This document shows positions 33,801 through 46,562 of a DNA stretch of 64,000 bases, one piece after another. Source of the stretch: Klebsormidium nitens (lineage: Eukaryota > Plantae > Klebsormidiophyceae). How positions within the stretch are numbered: position 1 is the stretch's first letter; each line of letters starts with the position of its first letter. The stretch is from positions 101,355 to 165,354 of the forward strand of contig DF236950.1 in the NCBI GenBank assembly GCA_000708835.1. The letters are read 5' to 3'. The position numbers and the translations under genes were made by a program. Below the pieces are notes generated by a model. That model was not told where the DNA came from. It did not search any database and saw only the letters and a program-made list of their open reading frames with translations.

Positions 33801-36743
33801 CTACCACGTGGATCTGAAAAGCCATCCGATTGGCTAAGAAATCTGGAAAGCCTTTTGCAACTTTTCGGTCGACGCCACCCTTACGTCGATTCGTAACCTG
33901 CTTTCATGCATTCACCCGACCGCTTTTCGATATCAGGGAATTCCTAGGAGAAGAGCACGGTGTGGACGGAAGCTTGCTCTTTTCATACACCGTTTATAAG
34001 GCCGAACTCCCCATACCATGCAAACTCTGTACCGGTTATAGGCTCCGGGGACTTTACTTGCGTGGTGTGCTCGAATAGGATGTAGAGCAGCCACGCCGAG
34101 AAGGCCAGCCAAAAGCCTATCAGCGTCATCATGTCCAGGAACGCCTGTGCCGGATGTCAGGACACGTGTCAGCCCGTGATCGAAATTCCTTCCTGAATCT
34201 ACATCCGGATCCTACCAGGGTTGAATCCATGAGGCATAAAAAGCTGCGAATGAGTCTTGAGGGGGAGGGGATCCGACATTAGACCATGTCTTCGCCCGCG
34301 CTGTTGAGATAAACATTCGAGTAGGAGAGGGCGTTTCGAAAGGAAGAACCTGGCAAGTGAAGTGGAGAGATAGGCAAAACAATTTGCGAACACCTATCAG
34401 CTAGGCTGAATCATCATATTACTCCCTGCTTCTCTATAGTCAACGTACTTCTGGAAGTATATCAAAAGCAATGGCGTTATTGGGGAGACCGCCTACCGGG
34501 ATGATTCCTATCAGAATGCGAAAGGCCTTTCGAGTCTCGCCGCCATTGGCCCCCACCACGAGAACCCTGACACGACGTCATAACGACAGAACTGTCAGCG
34601 ATTCTGAAACAAATCAGCAGCATTGCGAGAGAACCTCGGAGATGCCTTCCAACAACGTTTGCAGCACAAGTTCCAGAATATTTTCCCAGCGCCCTGCTTC
34701 TGATATTACTACCTGAGTCCGCGGGGATTGTCTTTTAACAGATTTGGCGAACATTGCAAGAGCGCAAGAATCCTGAAAGAGACCGTGTACCATACCTGAG
34801 GTACGGTGCCAGCCGGACAGCCACCAGCTTGTCGAGTATCCGGACGTCCGTGTAGAGCCATGCCGTGTTGACCAGGACGTCCGCAGCGAGCAGGGAGAAG
34901 AGCAGGATGAACAACTGGTTCAGGCGGTCCCGCCAAAAGTGACGGTGGCCCTCAAAAGATATGGGCAAGAAAACCTGCAAAATGGAAAAATGATAAGACG
35001 GCAGTTCAGGCGGCAAAAGAAGTCAACAGCCGCAGGGTGTCGCAGATCCTTTGTCAAAGGACCCCGTTTGAAGTCGATCGTCATTACTCAGTGGTTGTCA
35101 AAAGAAGGAAACGGACTGTTTGCAATAAATCTGACTGACATGACAAAGGCGATGTAGCCAATGCACGAAGCCAGTGGTGTCGGAAAGCAGTCAAAGTCAA
35201 TACATACAGCCTTGGCCGTTGGAATACCTCCAGCAACACTCTATCTTGGCTCCACAATCAGGACAAGGACAGCCTTCGAATGAAAAAGTTGAAACCATCA
35301 CTTGGAACAAAGACTCGTCCTGGCTGATGCTCAACTGTCAGGAGCACCTAGTCAAGAAACCCCGCTTCCGAGGATCAAATCGAGTTTGAACTACTGGATC
35401 CTCATGATCCCAACATCAGTAAATGGACGTATGAGTAGGGGCCAAGTCTCACTTGGAATGCCAGGACGCACAGCGAGACCAGCTCGAGCGCATTGAACGA
35501 CTTTGGCGGCAGGTATGGGAACCCCCCGAGCCAGTACTTTTTCGGGTCTCCGCAAGGGTGCGGAAACGGCTCCGCACACCAGCTTGGCACCTCCACGAAA
35601 TTGAGCCCTAGCAAGAGACAGAAGTTGGCGGTCCAGATGGGCGCGAGCGCGCCGCACCAGAAGTAGCGCTTTGCAGATCGGGAAAAGTGTGTGCTGTCGA
35701 GGAGCTCGATTGGAAGCCCGATGCCGTCCTCCGCTAGATCAACAAGGGCCGCAGCGCGCTCGACGCGGTCGGCAGAAGACAGCCCGCTCTTGCGCCGGCC
35801 TTTGGAAGCCTGGAAAAAGGCGATTGGCTTTCAGAAGTTGTTTGGTCTTGAAGAGGAAGCATCGCAGGACCTGAACCGTTCTATTGCTCTTTTGCGAGCA
35901 GATCTCAAAAGTCGTGAAAGTGAACGTGGATTTTCATCTCACAGTGTCCTGCTCTCCCCAAGCAATGGAGCCTTCAACTTCATATTTGCAGTGGGCATTG
36001 TGAGAAGGGCGAAAGGAATCAGTAGCTGTGAGGGTGGGTGGAAATCTAAGCATTTGAAGTATCTCTGCTTGGAACTACCGGGGCTACTTCACGATCTTGA
36101 AGAACGGTCTTCTTCTTCTTCACAAGCTGTTCAAACCTGATGTAGCAAGTTGAAAATAGTTGACACCCTTTCCAGACTAATTGCAGAAGGAACCGCTGTG
36201 GAGTCGGTTGTTAAGCAATCAGGAAGAAGCGGGGGGTCAGCTTCATGAGTATCCCAATAAACTGCTCAAAGGATTGCTAGGATGGAGGGGACCTTTCCAG
36301 TCAGTCCAGTGATGTTGCAGAATATTCGGGCCAACTTGGAAGTGCACAACTAGGTCCGCAGCTCAACACACAACAGTCCAAGTCGTGGATATGAAGCGTC
36401 CGGTCGCGTGTTTGAGCTGGAGGCTTCCTGATGCATGCAATTGGCTGCACAACCCATCAACGATCACGAGTAAGAAAGGCCTTCTTCTCAGTTCATTAAA
36501 TGACAAGCGTTGGCGCACCGTGATATAACTTTCTACCAGCTGGCGGCACGAACCTGTGCACCACCTCCACACAAGAACAACAGGACGAAGGATTCTCACC
36601 TGGGCGCGGCCAGCTGCATTGCGCATGCGAAACCCTCTCTTCTGTCCGTGACGAGCTGGTGCAGTGGGCCCTGCAGCAGAGATGCCTTCCGAGCTGGATG
36701 CAGGACGGGCATCTCCTAGGAGAGGCTCCTCAGACAATGCCAT
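27849..36743 (-). CDS. TPC1: Two-pore cation channel (TPC1 family), divergent pore type (15 exons)
   Basis: Exons 36743-36600, 35809-35453, 34974-34796, 34566-34497, 34144-34058, 33584-33451, 33062-33013, 32717-32589, 31903-31702, 31099-30958, 30556-30400, 29832-29586, 28911-28835, 28567-28467, 28140-27849. Plant TPC1 hallmarks: AAALVDLAEDGIGLP, RLAPYLR, EF-hand DDSGDNRITEEEF, EWIRYLL, GIQLFGG, NFNDY and MNVFIGFVFDAY. Confidence 0.93.
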
Positions 36744-37355
36744 GACAGCAGTATCAGGCAATGCTGCGCATGAGAACCCTTCACAGAATGCATGATGCAC
36801 AATGCGGCCCCGGGGCCACATTGGCATCGATCAGGATTCTAATTGGGTCTGCGTTCATTCGGTCGCCGCGAAATGCTCCAAAAGCTCGCCTTGCAGACCA
36901 GTGGAGCTTGAAAATCCATCTTGCACAACTATTTTGCAGTCCATCACTAGGGTCCAGGTGAAATCACCGGTGGCAACCTGATTATTCCCCCCCCGGGACC
37001 CTGGCGACAACCTGGACCAGGGCTCATCAATACATGTAAATTTTCAAGCACGGACTCGGACTCGGAGATATCGTGCTGGGTTGAGGAACGTGCTCTGGCT
37101 GCAGTGGCGCCTCATGACAGTAAAGCAGTTCTGCATGACGGAGAATGGTTCAAGCACACATTTCTGGGTGAACAGCAGTGCATGAGAAGATCTTCAGGGA
37201 TGCCTGCGGCGCCTGCAAGCCACAAGAAGCAGCGGTCAGTTGAAAGAACCCAGCCGCAATGAAAGATAGATTGTCAAGAAAGTTTTTGCAAGGTCAGCCT
37301 GGGGACAGTGCACCGCGCTCCAAATTCCACATGTAGGCTACCAGGATCGACCGGC

Positions 37356-38997
37356 ATGGCTGGTATCATAAGTTCCGCATTGAATGTAGATGTACGAGCT
37401 GCCCCGTGCAGCCCAATTCATATACAGCGGTGCTCGCCAGCAGCTGCCACCCTTTTTCCTTCTTTCTGCTCTGCTAACACTTGTGCAGCATATGGGCCTC
37501 TCCAAAGAAAAACTGGACCAGTGATTGAGCGGTGGCATGAAAGAAACAAACGTGTCGGATGGAGGCGACGGTCATTCGAAAGGAAAAGTAGAGGTGGCGC
37601 CACCCTCACGACGGCTGCACTGGATGATACACGGCTGGTGAGTATATTTGCCCTTTGTCTGTATGAGCAGAGCACCATAGCAGAAACTGGCATTGCTTTT
37701 GAGCAAGCGTATCAATTAAAATCACCGCAAGTCAGTGGAGTGCAGACGAGTACAACTTTTCCTAGATTCTTTTGTGCTCCTGAGTTCGCATTTCAGATTG
37801 TTGTGAGCTTGGCAAGGCTTTGCTGCTGCTTTTAGGACCACTTGATCAAGCGGCAATCACAGCGGCGGTTGGAACTCAATGTGACCCTTTGCAGATTGAC
37901 TTCCTGCGGACCATTCCTGACCGATCGAATGAGTACTTCAAACCGTTGTGGCGAAGGGGCATGTGAGTTTCTTGATATGTTCCAGATTGCGTGCCACATT
38001 CAAAGAACATCTACCACACAATCAATCATTTAGGCTCTTGTTTCAATTCTGCAGGGCGGTAGAAGTGCTCTTTGTCATGCTTCATAAGCTTCAGATTGGC
38101 CTGAGCTCATTAGACTGGGCTAGTGATTGAAAGCCACAACTCTCTTGAGCAGGTTGCAAACACCAAGATGTATCAAAAGGAGTAAGATGGGAAGACACTG
38201 ACAATCTCTGCCAAGTATATGGAGTCTTATGTTTCCTGCAGCTGGGGCGGCGTTTCGTTGTTTGGGGGTTTCTACATTGCAAACACCATCTCACTGTCCC
38301 TGGGGGCCAACAGTGTGAGTACATCCCATCTTAAGTGTCGCGACCCTTACGTGCTTTTGCGTCCACTTGATTAATGAGGTTCATAAGCACTAGTGGCAAC
38401 TATCTCCGCTGACAACATGTGGTGTCAGGCTTGTCCACTAACGACTCTGCATGCTCAAAAGGCATCAGGAGATTGGACACCTGTGTAGACAGATGACTCA
38501 CAGGGGTCAAGATGGATGCCCATCATGCGTCATTGAGCAAGTCTGGTTCTGGACTATGAATTGAAGAAAGCTTGTAACTGCAGGTGAATGATGTCATCGC
38601 TGCTGCAGTTTGCACATGGTTTACTGAGTACGTAACGAAGTATTACTACAGCAGGGAACGAGCGTAAGTTAGCTTGCCCTTCAGCCAACTGGGCCTCTCA
38701 AGTCCGCCAACCTTTCTTCCTCCTCGAAGCACTTCAACTCGTTTGGAAGTGTGTAGAAGATCTGCTGAAGTAATCTGAGGCTATCTCCAAAGTCTTTGAT
38801 TTCCCCTTGCTGCAAAAAGTACGTGTGGATCTCTATCAGCTGCTTTTTGATACGTGAGAATCTAAGCTCGTCTGTACACCACGGTTTATATCTGCTGTTT
38901 CTTCTGATGCAGGACGTTCCTTGACGCTTTGTTGAACGCATTCAAGATTGGTCTCCAGTATGGACTGTTTTGTGATGCCTTCAAGCTGGCAAGCTAG
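37356..38997 (+). CDS. ycf20: Ycf20/DUF565-family plastid-targeted membrane protein (5 exons)
   Basis: Exons 37356-37637, 37895-37962, 38242-38314, 38584-38663, 38913-38997. A transit-peptide-like N-terminus is followed by GGVSLFGGFYIANTISLSLG, VNDVIAAAVC..TEYVTK and the family C-terminus LLNAFKIGLQYGLFCDAFKLAS*. Confidence 0.88.
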
Positions 38998-39915
38998 CGG
39001 TTGATTGACCAGATTCTTGTTATGACCCCTCCAAGTGAGATCGCAAGATTTCTGCCGGCGGGTTGTAGATCAAAGGTAGACCATAAGTAGACCGCGGGGA
39101 GCTCGTAAACGCGGACAGGGATGTAACAAATTTCATATATATGTTCAAACTGGTCCGCGCAAGACTAAGATCTTATGCTTCGAATTCCAAGCCTGGACAC
39201 GGTGGTGACGTTTGATTGACACAAATCGCGAGTTTATCGTGCGGCCGTGGCTAGCCAGTGTAGTGGCACTCACTTGAACTTCGGAATGGTCTTCGAGTGC
39301 ATCTTGCATGACCAGCCAGAAAGCATGCACTCAGCTTTCAGGCTTGTGTTAGCCGTGACCTATTTTGGATTGACCATCATCAAATTGCCTTGTATAGTAT
39401 CGGGCATGCGACCGTCCGTAATTGTCTCATCGGTTTCCATATGCCAGTACAGGTATAAGTTCATGGCGGCCAGCATGCAATATGCTGGCATGCACACAAG
39501 CACTTGAAATACGGCTGGCCATACGGCTGGCCACTGCGTGTTTTGAGATTGATCGAAACTGACTCAGTAGGGCTTATAGTACATACGTACATATCTGCAG
39601 CCGCGTGTGGCTCCGCATTAGTGACTGGCGCCAAATTGTTATATATATATAGGATCGCATGCACCGTATCAATGACCGTATGCAAGCTTCTGAATCGCGT
39701 TGTGATCGTACCTGTTCACGTGCACTGCAGTGCACGTGATCATGCACATCATTGTCACTGATCGAGTCGATCGGATGTCACTGTGCTCATGCAGTCTCAC
39801 ATGTGGCTACCCAGGAGAACTGGCTGCGCGGCCTTGATTGGTGCCAATCCAGCATGCGCTTTCGCAAGGCCGCACGGCCAAGGACGACTAACGTTAATTG
39901 CGGGACTTCAGGTGA

Positions 39916-42777
39916 TCAATATCTTACTGTACAGATCCGTCCATCTGGACGAACAAGGCAAGCAGTGGCGAGCGAACTCTGTCGAAAGCCTCGATCCTCC
40001 AACTCCGTTGTCTTTAGGTCAACTGACCCGTGTAAAAGTCGACAACCATAGCCGCAGTCGCTGGCAGCCAGCTTCGGCCCGTATGGGACGGCCCAGACCT
40101 CAAGCACACCTCTCCGAGGAGCATAAATGGCCAAGCACAAGTCGACCTGCAGCCACGTAAGACATTGCGATCGGAAAGAGCTTGCGTTTGAAAGCAATTA
40201 CCGACTGTCAACAGTAACACAATCTTCGATTCGTGTTGGAAGCATCATTTCCGACAACGCAGAAGAATGTTCAAAGTTCTTCTTTGCTGTCTCGCAAAAC
40301 ACTTCATATCAAATTCAGCCCACCTTGGAGGATGAGAAACTTTGAAAGAAACGAAAATCCTCATCAGATCAATCAAATGATGGCCCCAACAACATCCTCC
40401 GACCGGTGCCCTCGTTCGAAGAGACCATGTGAAACGGCTTTTCACCATCCTCAAATCCAGGAGGACGGTTTTGCACCTCCTGCAAAAGAGCTCTTGGGTT
40501 TTGCACCAACTCCTTCAACGCTCAATAGAGTACGCTGAAACAACCCACCTGCTCTTGCCGCTCCTTCGCTGTCCACGCACATTGTGCGTCCCTGTAGCCT
40601 TTCCACACCCGCAGCACCACCTCCCCAAGGCCGTCTATCAGGCACACCCTCCCTAGACTGTCCACCACCGCGCCCAACGACCCCCGAGGAGCCATCCACA
40701 CTCTCAGCCCTTTCCGGGGGGGATCGTCCAGGCTCCCCGCAAGACTGGCCGGCACCCCCAGCATCCTTTCCGCCCGGTCCCTTTCCGCCAGAACCTCCGC
40801 CTGAATCTCGTTATGTTTCACCAATTCCGGTTGGTCATGAGCTGCCGGAGGCTCATCCTCTTGTCCTAAGTTTGCCTCACTCTCGAGGCTCTGAACCGTT
40901 TCCAGAGATCGTGAGGCTTTGATGCCCAGACTAGTTCTCAGCTTTTCCCGCAGGCCCAGGCCGGTGGTTAGCGACCCCAGACTCGCTGACCTCGCGCTGA
41001 CACTGGCCGCCAGCTGTCGCCCTAAGCCTGCCGGCCCTACGCTAACCATGTTTGCCGCCGCCGTGTTTACGCTGGCTGCCGCTGCACCCAGGTTATCAGC
41101 GACGGCCTTCTGCAGGCCTTGGAGGGGTATACTAGAAATAGTGGCAGTGATATTTACACCTGTTCCAGGCGCCGGACTAGCTTGCGGCCCCATGTCGCTA
41201 CCCGCCTCTCCGTCTGCCCTAACTGCCTGCCGGTTTCGCAGGTCGAAGAGCTTGGTCCCCATCTTTGGCTGGAGCGTCTTTCCCAGAGAGAGCACCGAAG
41301 ACGCCGAGGAATAGACGGCGCTTCCCACCTTCGTCGCAACGCCGGACGCTTTACTAAGCATGCTCTCCGCCTCCTCTTTTATCGGCGCGTCGTAGAAGGC
41401 GAGGGAGGGCTTTGCACCGACGACAACAACCGCATACACAGGCTCTTCAACAAACCCCCCCAGAAGGCTCCCCGGCCTGACCCCCATAATGACGGCATCG
41501 CTGACCGCATTCCATATCGCAAACTTCCACTTCAAGAACGGAAGGTATGCGCTTTTCCTCCGTTCGGAGACTGAAATGTCTGGGTTAGCCTCTGTGCTCT
41601 CACCACTGGGGGCTCCCGGTTGCGAGGACTGGCTTTCTGCGTTCGTGACAGTTGGCCGGCTTTGTTGCTCCCGAACAGGTGCGCCCTGACCCTTTCTCCG
41701 GCGAACGTGCGGCGCTTCTTGCTTCTTAGCGGGATCAAGAGAGCCCGTCCTCTCCATCGGGGCACCTTTCTGAATTTGCGAAGGGGAAGAGCCAGACGCG
41801 AGCTCTGGGGGTTCGTCCATCTTCAACACAGAGACCAAGTCGGACGCTTGCACGGCCACCAAAGCCCCAGGATAGACCACACTTAGTTCTTGCAGAGAGT
41901 CGCCGGCCGCCATTCCAGCAGTGGACGCCCGAAGGTGCAGGTTGACCACTGGAGCCCTGTGAAACCTCTGGCTGAGAATCAACGCAGTTTCTAGCCCCGA
42001 TGAGCTGGTTCTGACCTGAAAGAACCGGGCATAACCCAAAGAGGTCCCCAGGCAAAGCCAAGCCCGGAGAATGTTGATGTCGGAAGCCTCAGCCCCACTG
42101 TCGAGTCCTTCTGGAAGAGACAACCACTCCAAAGCAGTAACTGACTCGAGAGCCTCGCACTTGCTGTCGAGCGCCCAGATTTGACCCGATAAGTTGGGGC
42201 TATGTTTTGTCAGGTCCCGTGCCCCTTTGGATGTAATGCTGCCTGCAGAATCAGGGGTGGGCACCACAGCGAGACTGACAGTCCCTCCCTTTGCAAACGC
42301 AAGGATTGCAGGGCCCTGTTCCCTCTGAAGAAGGGATGCTTCCACCAATGGATCATCAAGCCAGCTTGCTAGCTTCCGATGTTTCCCTTGCCCATTAAGA
42401 TCTTCTGCCAATTGACCTTGGGAGGCTGCAATCCGGCCATCTTCCTCCCCCAAAAGATAAGTCCTTTCCGGTGGTCTATCAGTCCCTTCCGGTGTAATCC
42501 CCACCGTCTCTGTTCCCGAGGCCTCAAAACCCAGCCAACCGTCAGTGTCAGTTTCTGGTCTATTCTCCGCCTCAGCAGCAGCCTTCACATTCTGGTCGAA
42601 CGCTGCCCCACCACCCGCCCCTAGCTTTCTGTTCAAAAGGCCACTTGGGCCCACTACGTCAGAGGATGGGCCAGCCTTCTGATTGGAGGCCCTTCTATTC
42701 TCAAGCAGTTCCACGAGCAGTCCCGCATCAATCTTACCAGCTTCAGAGAGTGGGTCAGAGACGCCAGGCAAGGCCAT
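39916..42777 (-). CDS. Rab3 GTPase-activating protein non-catalytic subunit (RAB3GAP2 N-terminal domain protein), 2 exons
   Basis: Exons 42777-40549 and 40146-39916. Motifs LCLGTSLGY, LDDPPRKG, APRGSLGAVVDSLGRVCLID, VLRVWKGYRDAQCAW and LAIYAPRRGVLEVW. It ends after the N-terminal domain, as plant homologues do. Confidence 0.88.
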
Positions 42778-43298
42778 AGCGACAGCTAGCACCTGTTCTA
42801 AAAAGTGCTTCTCGTGATCAGCTGCCTTCAGCTAGTCACTCCTATTCAGGTACAAATTAAATAGAAGGCAGGACTCAGGACTCCCGCAGGAGACACAATT
42901 GGAGAGACACAATTGGCAATGCTGGCGCTGCATGTGCAACTTCAAGCAGAGAGATTGGTTTACAGCTGCAGGTCTGTTCCTTCGAGCCTCCAGGCTCTTC
43001 GACGGCAGCGGCTTGCTTGCGTCGGCCGTCGACCAAAGCTGCCCGTCTCGTCGAATACGGTACTCCTTTTCTGGGGTTTGCGCATGAGCGATTGGGTTAG
43101 CGTATTAGGGTTGCAATCGAACAAAGCCAGCTCCCTCACTCAGGCTCAAGTCTAAGATCAATGCGGACGGCCGCCTATCCTTTTCTCTCCCCTCCGTCGT
43201 CAGTTGTGTCTCCATCATTGTCAGTCCATTTTGCGCACGGAGTGTAGCAACTGCCTTCTGTAGGTGGAAATATCCCGTTTTCAATTGGAGCATTCAGC

Positions 43299-45577
43299 AT
43301 GGGTGGGACAGCAGCTGATGATATGGAGTGGGGAGACATCGAGGGGGACGACTCCAAAACCACCCTTGTATTGGTGAGCACTGTGGCCTTGACATTGTGT
43401 TGTTAAAGGGTGAAGGATGGATTGCCTTTTATTACAATTTTCCAGCAGGATGCGAGGTAGCGGATTGTTGGATTTATGCAACACTTTCACAAGCAGCCTC
43501 CTTTTATGTTGTTCGATGCTTTGTGGACATCCAGGGGCTTCAGTGTAAACTGTTGACTTGAACAGAAGGTGACGCCCAAGACAGCACAGAAGGTGTGAGC
43601 TCCGTACATCACAGCAACCTTTCCGAAGTTTATCAGTCCTAAAAGCTTGCAAATTATTCCTTACATCCAGAATTGAGTTTTTGCTTGGACTTGTCTTGAG
43701 AAACCCTCTCATTCCTGAGCCTGTTTTGAACAGATACAATTGTGTCTACAAGACTTCTGGGCTGGGCAGGAGCGTTTTCCTTAGTTCTTCAAACCCTTCC
43801 TCCTGAACCTTCTTCAGCGAGCATGCATTAAAGGGTTTCCCTTGTACCTTGCAACAGGTGGGGAGGACTGGCAATGGGAAGTCAGCCACAGGCAACTCCA
43901 TCCTTGGAATGTCTGCGTTCAAGTCTGCAAGGAAAGCTGCTGCCGTGACAAACACGTGCCAGCTCGAAACGATTGCTCGCGACGAAGGGGGCTATCTTGC
44001 AGTCATTGACACTCCAGGGCTCTTTGACTCATCTCTGCGGCCTGAAGAGTTGGAGTCCGAGATTAGCAACTGCATATCCCTCGCTCGTGAGGGCCTGCAC
44101 GGTAAGGTTTATACAGACCAGGTTGTACCGTGGCAAGTTACCAATCTTACATCGCTGGTTCTCCCAAAGCCTTTCAAACTCGTGAGAAAAGCATCAATGG
44201 AGGTATCAGGCTGCCAGGCTTCAACAGATAGTGCTTGAAGTGTCACAAATGTATGCTGGAGAGATAGGACAATAGGGTGGTACAGATTGAATGCTTTGTT
44301 TGGACTGGCTATCAACACATAAAATGTGAAACATTACAACTGATCTGCCTCGTGGCGGTAAGGAAGAGGATCCTGAGTTTGATCCATTTGATGCAGCGCT
44401 CATCATCGTTCTGTCGGTTAGGAACCGGTTCACCACAGAAGAGGTGGCGGCAATCACCAGCCTGGAGATGCTGTTTGGGCCGGAAGTCTTGAAGTACGCA
44501 ATTGTGCTGTTCACTGGGGGAGATGAACTGGAGGAAGATGAGACGACCCTCGAAGACTATCTGAACGGGGATGCAGGAGCGCAGCAGCTCAATGTGAGAG
44601 ACGCTGCCTGTACTTAGCCTGGGTTCTAGCCTCAAGCGGTATACAGAGACAGGCCTTCAAAGGAAACACGCATGAGGATGTAATTCAGCCATTGTTTTTC
44701 AGATGGTTTTCATTGCTGATATTGTAGTTGTAGAGATAGGAGGCCCTTGGGAAGTTTATGTTTGAGCAAATTGTTTTTGCTGCAGTCTTCAGCATTTCAG
44801 CCGATGTCATTAGGCCAAGCCTCTCTGTGTTTTTGGCTTGATGTCTATCCCATGTGCCAGAGCGTTCATTTGTTTGAGATAATATTCACCAAATCAGCGG
44901 GGTGTGTTGCCTCCAAAACAAAGCCAAACTGCTCCTCTCCTTCCGAACAGGACCTTCTTGTCAAGTGCGGCGGCCGCAAGGCCCTTTTCAACAACAAGAC
45001 CAAGGACCCGTCGAAACGTCAGCAGCAGAGGAACGCCCTACTGTCCCTGGTGGACAACGTTCTGGCGGAACACAGAGGCCAGCCATACACGCACGAGCTT
45101 TTCGCACGCGCTCAGGAGCTGGCGGCCGCTGCCAAGCGCGAGGCAGAGTTGAAACAGCAACTGACCGCGTCGCAGAGCGCGGAGATTGAGTCTGAGCGTT
45201 ACGTTGCATTGAAGGCCGAGTTTGAGGCGCTCAAGCTACAGCTCATCAAGGGGAATGAGGACCAAGTGCAAGTCATTTCGAGGATTGTGGAGGAGAATCT
45301 GAGGGCGACGGCACTGCTGGAGATGGAGGAGAAGATGGAGGAGCTGCGGCAGAGCTCGGCCAAGCGGGACCAAGAGGTGCTGAAGCTGAAGGAGGCGAAC
45401 GAGAAGGCGCAGCGCGAGCGGGACGAGATGGAGCAGCGGTGGCGCGAGGACCGGGAGAAGTTTGCGCGGGAGAAGCAGGCGTACGAGCGGGCGAAAGCGG
45501 AGGCGGAGCGGATGAAGAGAGAGTATGAGGAGGAGGTGCGGGCGCGGCGGGGCCGACTGGACTGCAGCATCTTGTGA
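43299..45577 (+). CDS. AIG1/IAN (GIMAP-type) GTPase with coiled-coil tail and C-terminal CaaX (4 exons)
   Basis: Exons 43299-43373, 43858-44101, 44397-44593, 44951-45577. G1 LVGRTGNGKSATGNSILG, G3 VIDTPGLFD, RNRFTTEE, G4 IVLFTGGDEL and FNNK; ends in CSIL*. Confidence 0.93.
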
Positions 45578-46235
45578 GGTTCAGACTGTGAGATTGGCAG
45601 TAGGTTCACTGTCAGCTGAAGGCACGTTTAGAAGCGGATGAGTGTACAGTACTTGTGGATAATTACAGTGATGCTTGTTTAGTTGGTCGGATGTTTGGCG
45701 CGCTGGGGCGTCCTCTTGCTTTGTATGCATATGTATAGTGGTTATAAAACTCAGAGATCACGCACTGATGGGTATATGTGGATCAATAGTAGTGCTTAGC
45801 GCATTGAGGAACTGTGGTAGTAACTCCCTTGGGTAGATTTTCTACTTTTAGGAGGCAGCCGCCCAGGGTTGCACGAAATTCAGGTTGTACATTCCTTCTG
45901 AGGCACGTTCCTCTTGATGCACATTCTTTTCAGTGCCTGATTGGCAACCGATCGTCCAAGAAGAATTTCGCAGGCCGCATTTACACGTTTTCGCATACTT
46001 ATTTTGCGCCTTACACGCAAGCTAACCGCGTCTTGCGGGGCAGCTACTATTAGCTATTCAATATATCCGATGCAGCTAAGTTTGTTTATAGGAATTCATG
46101 CATTTGAGTCACAGATGCTATGATGGCTGGGAGCCAGCCATGCGCGACCCGGTGCAACCATACCGTCTACCGTCGATCATGCATGCATTAGTATGCAGGA
46201 TTCTTAGATAATCATAACCTGCCATGTTTCACGTA

Positions 46236-46562
46236 CCGTACGACCAAGGTATGATTCCGAATGCTCCAAAAAAGCAATTATTTTAGCAAATGCGAGCCCA
46301 AATCATGTATTATTTTCTACTTTCCGGCTCTAAATCCGAATCGCCGAGAGATACTCCGGTACCCAGGTTTTGAGGGCCTTTAACGGTAAAAGGTACGTAC
46401 CGGCTACTCATAGGGGGCCTTAAAAATCACTTTCCGAATGAGATTTAGCAATTAATTTCGGTTTCCGAAAAAGCAGAATCCGACTGCTTATCGGCCAGAG
46501 TTTCCCACTTTCCGAATGCAAATAATTATTTATTTATTCGGAATCATACCTTGGTCGTACGG
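46236..46562. mobile_element. Tc1/mariner-type (pogo/Tc2-like termini) MITE, 327 bp
   Basis: Perfect 27-bp TIR CCGTACGACCAAGGTATGATTCCGAAT at 46236-46262 and inverted at 46536-46562, with TA at 46234-46235 and 46563-46564. Internal repeats of TTCCGAA, including CACTTTCCGAATG twice. Confidence 0.88.

Noticed and set aside
38055-38130. Alternative terminal exon for ycf20 (AVEVLFVMLHKLQ...)
   Set aside because: It would truncate the protein before the conserved transmembrane motifs; the exon at 38242 fits the family.
38681-38941. Protein-looking antisense ORF and a possible cassette exon within ycf20 intron 4
   Set aside because: It overlaps the ycf20 intron and last exon antisense with no family match. 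The sense cassette would shift the frame, whereas direct exon 4-5 joining restores the conserved Ycf20 sequence.
19193-45577. AIG1 and PP2 genes as a split version of the AIG1-PP2 fusions known from angiosperms
   Set aside because: They are 22 kb apart on opposite strands with four unrelated genes between them, and each has its own complete architecture.
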